Origin: Myxococcota bacterium
GTDB lineage: Bacteria; Myxococcota_A; UBA796; GCA-2862545
Direction: 5' to 3'
Assembly (NCBI GenBank): GCA_039208735.1
Contig: JBCCQY010000094.1
Span: 1-35,940 of the forward strand
DNA length: 35,940 nt
Shown here: positions 18,792 to 27,319 of the stretch, one piece after another
Numbering within the stretch: the first letter of the stretch is position 1
Layout of the letters: each line of letters opens with the position of its first letter
Made by a program: the position numbers and the translations under genes
The notes under the pieces: model-generated
Seen by the model: the letters and a program-made list of their open reading frames with translations, nothing else
What the model was told of the DNA's origin: nothing
Databases searched by the model: none

Positions 18792-20075
18792 TTAGGCGCC
18801 GCGGACGATGGCGTCGAGGACGTCCACGCCCGGAAGCACGGCAGACGGATCGAGACCGCCAATCTTCATGAGGGCCAAACCGACGTGCTCGCAACCGAGC
18901 ATGGTGCCGTTTTTGGACCGTTCGCCCGTCGTGAGGTCGACGGGTTCGGCGATGAGCGAGCCATCGGTGTAGCCATAGGTCCGGCCACCGTTGACGCCGG
19001 CCCCCGCTACGAGGACCGAGCCATAGGGCCAGTGATCCTTGCCGCCGCCGCCATTGAGCTTCGGGGTGCGGCCAAAGTCCGACATCGCCACCACGGTGAC
19101 CTCATTGATGAGGAACTGTGTGGTGTGACCGGGGGTCGTCGAGAGGTGCTCGAACAGTTCATTGAGCGCGGCGTAGAAGTTGTTTTGGGCCGGCGCTTGA
19201 ACCGTGTTGTTGCCGTGGCTGTCGTAGCCGCCGGGGATTCGGATCATCGCCGTGCGGGCGAGGCCCAACCGGAACATTTCGGCTGCCTTCACCGCGTTGT
19301 CGACGATGTTGTTGCCGAGGTCATCGAGACCCGCTTCGAATTCGCGACCTTCGAGTTCCATGCCTCGTTCAATGTTCGAGAGCAGGCCATCGGCACGCTC
19401 CCGCGCGAGCCCCTTCTGCTGCGAGGCGAAGTCGGCCACGCGATTGAACACGAACTTGTCGACGATGTCGTCGGCGGGCGGCCGGGCCACCGGAGCGGCC
19501 GCGTCGGCGCGACCGTTGATGGAGCCGTCCATCAGCGACAGTAGCGTTCCGCCACCCGCCCGCACGACGGCCTGACCACTCGTGCCGGCGAACGAAGGAC
19601 CGCTGAACACGATGTGGGGCAGTGGGTACTCGATGCGCGAGTTCGCGGCCAATGTGGTGGGCCAGTCGGCGTACGACGAAGCCGAGGTGCCGGTGAGCAT
19701 GAATTGAGTGCCCGAATCATGCCCGACGCTGTGGGCGTCGACCCCATTGATGATGGCCGAGTAGCCGCCCCAATTCTCGAAGAACTCGTCGACAGGCAGG
19801 CGATTCGGACCGCTCGTCCACTGCAGCCGGCCCTTGGTGCCGAGCGTGGTCATCGGGTCCATGTCGACACCATCGGTGTCGAAGTGCGGGTCGAGGACGG
19901 TCGTGGTGTCCCACGCGCCACCGGCCCAGAAGAAGATGAACTTGCGCTCAAGTGGCGCGGCTAACGCCTGTTTCGGGTACCAAAGCCCGGCGCTTGCAAG
20001 CAACCCGGCCGAGCCACCCAGGAAGGCGCGCCGCGTCAGCTCGCGCCGGCGCTTGCGCTCGTGAAACGTGGACAT
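18792..20075 (-). CDS. Tat-exported DUF1501-family protein
   Basis: TRRAFL twin-arginine signal; GAWD, GGYDSH, MSDFGRTPKLN..GKDHW, GG.TYG.TD motifs. Confidence 0.9.
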   Translation of the reverse strand: MSTFHERKRRRELTRRAFLGGSAGLLASAGLWYPKQALAAPLERKFIFFWAGGAWDTTTVLDPHFDTDGVDMDPMTTLGTKGRLQWTSGPNRLPVDEFFENWGGYSAIINGVDAHSVGHDSGTQFMLTGTSASSYADWPTTLAANSRIEYPLPHIVFSGPSFAGTSGQAVVRAGGGTLLSLMDGSINGRADAAAPVARPPADDIVDKFVFNRVADFASQQKGLARERADGLLSNIERGMELEGREFEAGLDDLGNNIVDNAVKAAEMFRLGLARTAMIRIPGGYDSHGNNTVQAPAQNNFYAALNELFEHLSTTPGHTTQFLINEVTVVAMSDFGRTPKLNGGGGKDHWPYGSVLVAGAGVNGGRTYGYTDGSLIAEPVDLTTGERSKNGTMLGCEHVGLALMKIGGLDPSAVLPGVDVLDAIVRGA

Positions 20076-20092
20076 CGTGAGCCTCCTTGGGC

Positions 20093-21748
20093 TTAGTAGA
20101 AGAGGACCTGAGGATCGCGAAGAACCGCGGAGACCACGCCGGCCCACGCGAGCGTAGGGGACGCCTCGACCGAATAGAGGCCCTTCCAGACCTCGACGAG
20201 TTCCGCCGGCTCCCGCGCTTCAAGGGCGAGCGGACGACCGGTGATGGTGAGGTAGAGGTGCCGGATCTGCTCCTCGAACGCCTCGGGGCTGCTCTGGGGC
20301 GTGTCTTCGATGGTCACGAACCGAAGCAGGATGGCCTCATCGGTGCGGCCCGGGTCGAGATCGTGCTGGGCGACGTACCAGGCCGCGGACTGTGCAAGCC
20401 GCTCCTGAATGAACGTGAGGCCGACGGTCGGCGTATACTGGCGCTCGGTCACGAACAGGCTGTCGATGCCGCCCGCCAGGGTCGGCAGGCCCATGTCCTG
20501 GTTCCGCAGGCCGTCACGGCCGTTGAACAGCCAGGTATAGCCGGTCTTGTCCTTCATGAAGGACGACAGCTGTTCGGGCGAGACCAACTTCTGACCGGCC
20601 AACCGTTCGTTGAGCGCGGCTTCCTTGGCGCCCTGAGCGCGGTATTCCTCGTCGCTGACGATGGACAGGACGAGGTCCTTGAGGTTCATGTCGGTGTTGC
20701 GGAATTCTTCGGCGTGCACGGACACGGCCGTCCAGTCCGCATCGACCATGTCGCGCTGCGTGAGGCCTTCCCACACGGTCTGGACCGCGCAGTCGGCGAA
20801 CCGGTCGTCTTCGGCCAGCTCCTGGGCGAATTCGATGATGTTGCCGGTAGGACGACCGTAGTATGCGGGCTCCTTCCCGGCGTAGAGGCGCCAATCTTCC
20901 TCGGCCTCGGGACGGTAGAACGTGCTCTCGATGCCCTCTTCGGCGTCAAAGTTGAAGAAGCCGAAGAAGTTCGCCGACATGGGGTCGAGCGACGCGTGAC
21001 AGCTTTGGCAGCCCGGCGAGATGCTAATCGCGTTTTCGGGGTCGACAATGAGCAGGTCGACCGCGGCCCGGTTGAGCACGATGGGGCGCGACAGGTAGTC
21101 GTCGCACAGGAACATCTTGCTCACCGCGTTCGCCCGGTGACGGTTCGCGTTTCCGCCCATGGACGGGTAGCGCTGCCACGTGGTGGTCATGGTCAACATG
21201 CCGGCGTGGGGACGCCCATCGTCGTAGGTCGCGGGCACCCAGCCGCCATCGGCGTCGGCGGGGTAGTCAATGTTCCAGAACTGGGCCAGTTCTGCGTTGG
21301 CCATCGTGTGGGGCGCCGTGACCATGTAGCTGTAGGGCAGGTCGTTGAGCACGACGTACTCGAGCAGCGACAGCACCTCACCCGCGATGATCTCTGCCAT
21401 CCGGCGGTCATCGATGTCGCGCAATGCAGGAATGCCGTTGGTCGAGAAATAGGTCTCGCCGGTGCGTACCAGGTAGCGCTCGTTGAAGATCTCTTTGATC
21501 CGCGACAAGAACCGCGGGTCGTCGATCCAGGTCTCGGCGTGCTGGCGGTAGAGCACGTCCCGTTCGAGGGAGTTTTCGTACGCCCACAGCTCCTGCTCGG
21601 TGGGCTGAACCCCCCGCAGGTCCATCGACAATCGAATCAATTCACTGCGCGCATCAAGGAGGTCGACCGACGGCTCCACCGTCTCCTCCGGTTCGCCGCA
21701 GCCCAACAACAACGCGGCCATGAGCCCGATCGGGGCAAACTGCCTCAT
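20093..21748 (-). CDS. Heme-c lipoprotein of the DUF1588/DUF1585-like type (partner of DUF1501)
   Basis: Lipobox LLGC; RLSMDLRG..P, HAGMLT, FLC, CQSCH..LDP motifs; GGAGG RBS. Confidence 0.8.
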   Translation of the reverse strand: MRQFAPIGLMAALLLGCGEPEETVEPSVDLLDARSELIRLSMDLRGVQPTEQELWAYENSLERDVLYRQHAETWIDDPRFLSRIKEIFNERYLVRTGETYFSTNGIPALRDIDDRRMAEIIAGEVLSLLEYVVLNDLPYSYMVTAPHTMANAELAQFWNIDYPADADGGWVPATYDDGRPHAGMLTMTTTWQRYPSMGGNANRHRANAVSKMFLCDDYLSRPIVLNRAAVDLLIVDPENAISISPGCQSCHASLDPMSANFFGFFNFDAEEGIESTFYRPEAEEDWRLYAGKEPAYYGRPTGNIIEFAQELAEDDRFADCAVQTVWEGLTQRDMVDADWTAVSVHAEEFRNTDMNLKDLVLSIVSDEEYRAQGAKEAALNERLAGQKLVSPEQLSSFMKDKTGYTWLFNGRDGLRNQDMGLPTLAGGIDSLFVTERQYTPTVGLTFIQERLAQSAAWYVAQHDLDPGRTDEAILLRFVTIEDTPQSSPEAFEEQIRHLYLTITGRPLALEAREPAELVEVWKGLYSVEASPTLAWAGVVSAVLRDPQVLFY

Positions 21749-21893
21749 GCTGCCTCCAAGGAGTTCCGTGGGTGGGAGTGTCGCCCACTCTCCTCGGCAC
21801 AACAAGGGCGTACTGTCCCAAAACCGCACTTTTCGGGTCTCGGTGATGCGCCCTATGGTGCAATTCCGAGAGGGTGATCGAGGAGCAATCAGA

Positions 21894-22034
21894 CTAAATA
21901 CGGCCCTTCACGGGGAGTCCAACCCCGGTGATGGCCGGTGCCGGCCACGTTGACGCCACCGCCACGATGGGTTCCCCGGCGGCTCGCCCAACCCTTCCAA
22001 ACCCGCCCGTGATGGCGATGATGCGGTTCTGCAT
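21894..22034 (-). pseudogene. Internally deleted short-chain dehydrogenase (SDR) remnant
   Basis: 46 codons joining an SDR N-terminus (IIAITGGFGRVGRA) to an SDR-like C-terminus (AITGVGLPVKGRI-stop). Confidence 0.7.
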
Positions 22035-22083
22035 GGGACCTACCATGTGTTTGTGAGCCCGAGGGCTCGATTGAAGGTCGATT

Positions 22084-22308
22084 CGAACCGCCTTGTGGGC
22101 CGTCGAGTCGGTTCGTGTTTCGTGGAGGGGGTGCGACTCGGACAGAACCGGAATGGGGCCTTGCGGCGTGACCGCGTCCTGGAGTGTCGGGCCGGGTCCC
22201 TCCTCCACGACCTCGAATTCCAACTTGCGGCTTGGACCGCGCCATTGGGTAGGCCGAGGCGGGGGAGGAGCTCCCGGAGCGCCGAGTTGCCGCTCAACCT
22301 GGGAGCCC
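22084..22308 (+). ncRNA. Bridge RNA of the IS110 element (ends approximate)
   Basis: Stems 22084-90/22109-15, 22120-28/22202-10 and 22211-15/22255-59; loops carry target guides ATGGGGCCT/GGAG and donor guides ATTCCAACT/GGTAG. Confidence 0.85.
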
Positions 22309-22312
22309 ACCC

Positions 22313-23497
22313 ATGACCGTGTCTCACGAGCTGTTCGTTGGCATCGACGTCGCGAGCCGGAAGCTCGACGTTTGCTTCGTCGACATCGACGGCAACCCCA
22401 TTCGCGGGGCTCTGCACGTCGCGAACAACCCCTCGGGGTTCTCCGAGATCAAGCAGGCCATCGAGGCCGTCTCGGACGGACGACGAACCCTGCTCGGCTG
22501 CGAGTCGACGGGGGCCTACCACCGCCCGCTGTTGCGAGCGATGGAGCCCCATGTCGACATGATCGAGCTCAACCCCCTGACCATTCGCCGGTTCACCGAG
22601 CTGCAGTTGAGGGGCTCCCGGTCCGACCGGACGGACGCCAACTCGATCGCGCAGTACCTGCGTACGTTTCGCCCCTCCCCGTCGACGGTGCCCCAGCGCG
22701 AGCGCCGAGACGTGGCGATGGCCGTGCGGCTGCGTCGCAACCGCGTCGAGGAGCGGACGGCCAAGAAGAACTCGCTGCGTCGCTACCTGGGCGAGTGGTT
22801 GCCCGGGTTCCTGACCGCGTTCCCAGGCCGAACGCCGCTGTGGGTGGTGGCCTTGTTCGAGGCCTACCCCTGCCCTGCCGAGCTCGCTGCGCTGACGGTC
22901 GAGCAGCTGGCCGAGGTCCGGACGCCCGGGGGCGCGCGAATCGGCGCCAAGAAGCTGGCCCGCATGCAGGCGTTCCTCGCGACGACGCTGTGCGACCCCT
23001 GGTCGCCCGTTCTCCGGGAAGGGGTCGGGCAGCTCGTTCGCGACCTCGTCCGCGCCGAGCGGGACCTGGCCGAGCTGGAGCGGCACATCGAGGCGGCCAC
23101 CGAGGACCTCGAGGACTGCCGCCTGCTGCGGACGGTTCCCGGCATCGGGGCGCTGACCGCAGCCGTCGTGGTCGCCGAGGTCGGCGACCTCCGCCGCTTC
23201 GAGACCGTCGACCACTTCATCGGCTACTGCGGGCTGTGCCCACGGTCCAAGCAGAGTGGGGACGGGACGGCCACCGGCAAGATGGTGCGCAAGGGCAACC
23301 GCATGCTCCGGCTGCAGCTGCTGCTGGCTTCGACCACCGCACGGCGGAGCAACCCGCAGGTCCGCGCCTTCTACCAGCGCCTCCGGGAGCGTGGGAAGTC
23401 CGCCAAGTGCGCGGGTGGCGCCGCCGGACGCAAGCTCGCCACGCAGCTCTACGCCATCCTGAAGACCCGGAGGGACTACGACCCCGACCGCCTCTGA
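22313..23497 (+). CDS. IS110-family DEDD recombinase/transposase
   Basis: VGIDVA, CESTG, SDRTDA (DEDD); VPGIG, GL.P..KQSG (catalytic Ser), GN..LR, RKL motifs. Confidence 0.97.
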   Translation: MTVSHELFVGIDVASRKLDVCFVDIDGNPIRGALHVANNPSGFSEIKQAIEAVSDGRRTLLGCESTGAYHRPLLRAMEPHVDMIELNPLTIRRFTELQLRGSRSDRTDANSIAQYLRTFRPSPSTVPQRERRDVAMAVRLRRNRVEERTAKKNSLRRYLGEWLPGFLTAFPGRTPLWVVALFEAYPCPAELAALTVEQLAEVRTPGGARIGAKKLARMQAFLATTLCDPWSPVLREGVGQLVRDLVRAERDLAELERHIEAATEDLEDCRLLRTVPGIGALTAAVVVAEVGDLRRFETVDHFIGYCGLCPRSKQSGDGTATGKMVRKGNRMLRLQLLLASTTARRSNPQVRAFYQRLRERGKSAKCAGGAAGRKLATQLYAILKTRRDYDPDRL

Positions 23498-23794
23498 GGG
23501 GGGAAAGGGTGAGGACGGGGCCGCACCAAAGTCGGTGCCGACGGCCGAAACCAGTCGGGTCCGCGGTCCACCGCCCTCGTCGGACCGTCTAGCCAATCCG
23601 CCGGCAAGTCTCCTGCGAGCTTGCCTGATGCCCCCGTGCGACCTCACTTCTCTTCGCCTTCGACCTGGAGGGGGGCGGGCGACGCGAGGGCGGGGGCCGA
23701 ATGGCCCCTCGCGGCGAACGCCCTCCCGACCGTCGAACCCACTCCGTTGGAGCCCACGTGCAATGCAGCAATCCGCAGAGGCCGATCATCGTGC

Positions 23795-23818
23795 TTGACG
23801 CGCAACGTCATTCCAACT
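23795..23818 (+). promoter_or_regulatory. -35 half of the circle-junction promoter
   Basis: TTGACG + 17 nt + T; joined to the left end (ACCAT, 22042-46) it yields TACCAT as -10. Confidence 0.8.
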
Positions 23819-24010
23819 CCTGGGTGCGGCGTAACGAGGCCGGAGCCTGCGTTTCGGGGTTTGAGGCGGTTTGAGCGCAGGTTCCTACCAGGTGACAGGC
23901 AAACCTTTTGACCCCCGACTCGAGCCCAGGAAGATAAGCCAGGCACCTTGGTGGCGAGGTGGCCTCCAAGTGAGGCGGTGATGCGCCGCGACGACTTTCG
24001 GAGGCCCGAC

Positions 24011-24331
24011 GTGCGTGCAGGTTTGATGCTGGCGATGGCCATCGTGGCTGAGGTGGCGGCCACTTCGGCAATGAAGGCCGTCTCGCAAGGCGGCAGCACG
24101 TGGCTCATCGCGATGGGGCTCGGCTACCTCATCGCATTCGTCGGGCTCATCGAGGCCATGCGAAGCATGCCCCTCGGGATTGCCTATGCGTTGTGGTCGG
24201 GCTTTGGCACGGTGGGAGCGGTTGCGGTCGGTGCGGTGGTGTTTGGCGAACGCTTTGGGGTACCCCAGATCATCGGCACCATCCTCGTGATCGTGGGGGC
24301 GGCCCTGCTCAATCTCACCACCGAGGCCTGA
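24011..24331 (+). CDS. SMR-family (EmrE/Qac-like) small multidrug transporter
   Basis: GGAGG RBS with GTG start places the conserved Glu at position 14 (AIVAEV); PLGIAYALWSG.G, FGE motifs; 106 aa. Confidence 0.92.
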   Translation: MRAGLMLAMAIVAEVAATSAMKAVSQGGSTWLIAMGLGYLIAFVGLIEAMRSMPLGIAYALWSGFGTVGAVAVGAVVFGERFGVPQIIGTILVIVGAALLNLTTEA

Positions 24332-24333
24332 CC

Positions 24334-24786
24334 TCACATCGACGTTTTGACCTTCGGTCGGGCGGCATCGGTGGTCTTCTGCAGCGCCTCATCGGTGTTT
24401 CGCGTGTACGCCTCCGAGGCCGAGGTGCAAGGCCCACAGGGATCGTCATGGTGATGGGACTCATGCTGTTCCATCGCCACTTCTCGGGCGACCTCCACCA
24501 GGCTGAGCGTTGCGGCCGCTTCCATTTGAGCGGCCGCCTGCTTGGTGAGGCGACGTCCGTCGAGGCTCTGGGGGCCGTCTTCGTCCTCTTCGGCTTCGGC
24601 TTCGAGGTTTTCCATCTTCTCGAAGCGTCGGCGTTCGGGGTCCGTCGACCGCGCAGCTTCCGCCGCAGGAATTGGAGCGACCTTCGGTATGGCCGGAGGG
24701 CCCGGGTCGGGCCGTTCCGGGGGTGGGTTCACCGCCGGCACGGATTCCGGCAGGGGCGGAACAGTGCTGATCGGGCCGAGTTTCAT
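24334..24786 (-). CDS. Hypothetical low-complexity protein
   Basis: Pro-rich ORF with HHHDDPCGPC; fits between neighbours. Confidence 0.55.
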   Translation of the reverse strand: MKLGPISTVPPLPESVPAVNPPPERPDPGPPAIPKVAPIPAAEAARSTDPERRRFEKMENLEAEAEEDEDGPQSLDGRRLTKQAAAQMEAAATLSLVEVAREVAMEQHESHHHDDPCGPCTSASEAYTRNTDEALQKTTDAARPKVKTSM

Positions 24787-24836
24787 GCCGGCCGCTTCGG
24801 ATCACGACCGCTCGCATTGCAAACGAAAACGCTCGA

Positions 24837-26261
24837 TCAATCGCAGGTTGCGGGCGTGGCGAGGTTGGCCGCGCACCCCTCGCAGTCGGCCCCAATGTCG
24901 AACGCGTAGGCGTTGTACTCCGTCACGCCGTACATGAAGCCCCGGAGGTCCTCACCCTCGACGACGGCCAGCCGGTCGATGTTGCTTGTGTCGACGATCA
25001 GATCTTCGACTTTGAAGAGCGTGGCGGCATCGGGGGTGGGGAGGATGTCGAGCTTGGTTCCCAGGGTTCGAGCTGTGATCAGCGCATCCCTGCGGAGTTC
25101 GGTCGGGGGGGCCGCTCCAAAGGAGGGGTCTTCGGCCGGTCGTGCGAACATCCGGTCGCGGGTCAGGAGGGTGCGCGCGGCGAGCCACAGATTGGGGTCG
25201 CCAAACGGTGTGTCGTCTTTGTCGCGGCCGCAGCTGCCCCCAATGGAAAGCTGCTGAACGAGAATGGGACGATTCGCGCGAATTCGCCCGGGTTGATCGA
25301 GTTGCACCCGCGCGGTGTCACCGGCCAGGGCCAGAGTCGCGACCGGCTCGCAATCGAGGGTGACCACCGTGCCGGGCTCGGCGGCCTGGAGGAGCACGTA
25401 TTGGTAGGGCTGCTCGGGCCATGGGGCCACCAGCCAGTCCGTGGCCCAGCGACTGAGGGGCGGCACCTGCTCCCAGGTATGGTTTGCGCCTTCGCAGTCG
25501 ATCGAAGGATCGACCCCGCCGGAGAACACCGCCACCCGCTGGTCGGCATTGACCGTGGTTCCCGACAAGTCGCCCTCGGCCTGAACCTGAATCAGTTCTC
25601 CCGCCTGCAGCGTGGTGGAGAATGGCGCGGTGGGCGGCCGCAGGTCTGCCGTGGCGACGGTTGGGGTGATCGTGACGTTCGTGTCGTTTTCGGTGGCCAC
25701 CACCACGAAACTGCTCGGAGATTCACCAAGATCGTCCGGCACGGCCATCACCCGATGGGTCACGCCGAGTTCGGTGATCGGCAACAGACGTGTCGACTCG
25801 GTAAAGCCCTCCCGGTGGTGAAATGCAATCGCGTTCACCGGGTCATCGGTGAGCAATTCGAGGCCAAGGGGAAACACGAAACCGCTTGCGACGGGCTCGA
25901 GCTGGGTCTTGGGCAGCGGCACGACCGTGATGCCAGGATTGACGAGGGCCTGCAGCCGGAACCCGGAGGCTTGACCTACGATTTCGGCGCGCGTCGCGAC
26001 CTGGCTCTCGATCCAGACTTCGAACCTGGCCGGAGGAGCGTCAAAGGGGCTCGCGCTCTCCATGAAACCCAGCGCGAACCGGGTTCCGAGCGTGCTGTAG
26101 TCGGGCGAATCCGGATCGACGGGACGCAACCCATCGAAACCCGTATCCTTGGGGGTTCCGTCTAGTTGCTCGACAAAGCCTCCCTCGCGCGGCGGTCGGC
26201 TGATCTGGAATTCACGGCTACAACCCGTAAATATGAGTATCGCGATGAGGGAGCGGAGCAC
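24837..26261 (-). CDS. Lipoprotein with IgGFc-binding-protein N-terminal-like domain
   Basis: Lipobox FTGC; G.RF..GFM, VVATENDT.VTI, GDLSGT.V.AD..VAVFSG, H.WEQ.PP...W, GDP motifs. Confidence 0.82.
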   Translation of the reverse strand: MLRSLIAILIFTGCSREFQISRPPREGGFVEQLDGTPKDTGFDGLRPVDPDSPDYSTLGTRFALGFMESASPFDAPPARFEVWIESQVATRAEIVGQASGFRLQALVNPGITVVPLPKTQLEPVASGFVFPLGLELLTDDPVNAIAFHHREGFTESTRLLPITELGVTHRVMAVPDDLGESPSSFVVVATENDTNVTITPTVATADLRPPTAPFSTTLQAGELIQVQAEGDLSGTTVNADQRVAVFSGGVDPSIDCEGANHTWEQVPPLSRWATDWLVAPWPEQPYQYVLLQAAEPGTVVTLDCEPVATLALAGDTARVQLDQPGRIRANRPILVQQLSIGGSCGRDKDDTPFGDPNLWLAARTLLTRDRMFARPAEDPSFGAAPPTELRRDALITARTLGTKLDILPTPDAATLFKVEDLIVDTSNIDRLAVVEGEDLRGFMYGVTEYNAYAFDIGADCEGCAANLATPATCD

Positions 26262-26287
26262 GGACACCTCCCGGAAAGGCCTCCATG

Positions 26288-27232
26288 TTAACGGTTGACG
26301 CGTTGGTCCGAGTCGTTTTTGTCCGATGACCAAGCTGCATCGACCCCTTTGGCGATGGCTCGGGCCAGGGCACGCACGCGCGACTCATCGATCTCTTGCT
26401 CGGCAAACGGTGACCACGCACAGACGAGGTCGCGTCGGACTTCAAAGCCGAACACTTGGCCTGGGTAGAGCGTCGAAAACCGCCACCCCTGGGTGACCGG
26501 GTGAAGCCGATAGGTCGCCGAATCTTCGAGGAGGAGGCCCAAGGGGCGTACGGCCTGGCCCACTGCGGGCACCATACGGGGCGGGCAGTAGGAGGTGCCG
26601 CTCTGATCCCGACCGATCACGTCCAGGTGCGGTCGAAGCGGTGATGCAGCGTAGATCTCGGGCTCATGCACACGCCGCAGTTCGTTGACGATGTTGGCAT
26701 CAATACGGGCAATGGGCAGCGACCGGGGACCGTAGGTGTGAGGGTTGAGGGCAAGCCCTCCCGATGCGCACACCTCGGCGTAGGCCTCGTCGGCGGCTTG
26801 TACGTAGGCCGCATGCATGTCGGTGAGGCGCCGTTGGTCGCTTGCATTCGTCACATACGGGGGCATGGCTTTGGTCAACCCGGCTTCGGCGAGGTTCTCT
26901 CCTTCATCAAAGTCGGTTCTGCGGTTGCAATCCACGAACGTTCGAGGAATCTGGCATTCGAGGAGCAGAATGTGGGATTTGGGCCGTAGCACGAGCCACG
27001 CTTCGGCCATTGCTTCGGCCAGCGCCCATGCGCCGACATCGGTGTTGACGTGAAAGAACTCGTGGAGTTGGTCCGGAAACGGGCCTTCGAGTTCGTTGAA
27101 CAGGGCGTCGTAGTGCGACCTGCGGTCCGCGGCGTGCGGCACCTCGATGAGCAGGTCGGGCACAGCACCTGGATCGCCTGCCGGACCCACTCGATGGTGC
27201 ACATGAACGACGGATTCGATGCTGGACGGCAT
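26288..27232 (-). CDS. N-formylglutamate amidohydrolase-like (Zn exopeptidase fold) protein
   Basis: IEVPHA, TD, PR.FVDCNR, H.AY, HTY, FEVRRDL motifs; GGAGAGG RBS. Confidence 0.72.
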   Translation of the reverse strand: MPSSIESVVHVHHRVGPAGDPGAVPDLLIEVPHAADRRSHYDALFNELEGPFPDQLHEFFHVNTDVGAWALAEAMAEAWLVLRPKSHILLLECQIPRTFVDCNRRTDFDEGENLAEAGLTKAMPPYVTNASDQRRLTDMHAAYVQAADEAYAEVCASGGLALNPHTYGPRSLPIARIDANIVNELRRVHEPEIYAASPLRPHLDVIGRDQSGTSYCPPRMVPAVGQAVRPLGLLLEDSATYRLHPVTQGWRFSTLYPGQVFGFEVRRDLVCAWSPFAEQEIDESRVRALARAIAKGVDAAWSSDKNDSDQRVNR

Positions 27233-27319
27233 GCCTCTCCCGCGGCGGGGCGTTGGCGTGCGGGTAACCCGGCCCCGGCATGCCTTTCGCGGTCCGCAAC
27301 GCCTGGCTATGGTCGGCAC

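Larger units (their letters stand above)
22042..23818 (+). mobile_element. IS110-group insertion sequence, complete, CT core
   Basis: CT at 22040-41 and 23817-18; ends defined by guide matches in the upstream ncRNA and by the junction promoter; no terminal inverted repeats seen. Confidence 0.9.

Noticed and set aside
20087..21877. 596-aa plus-strand ORF, and similar long ORFs such as 22040-23647(-), 22093-23592(+), 27775-29187(-), 10383-11657(-) and 6161-7183(+)
   Set aside because: Shadow ORFs overlapping well-supported genes, expected in high-GC DNA; no recognisable motifs.
23819..24010. Possible guanidine riboswitch upstream of the SMR gene
   Set aside because: A hairpin (GGAGCCTGCG/CGCAGGTTCC) is present, but class I/II/III conserved motifs were not found, and the protein looks Qac/EmrE-like rather than Gdx-like.
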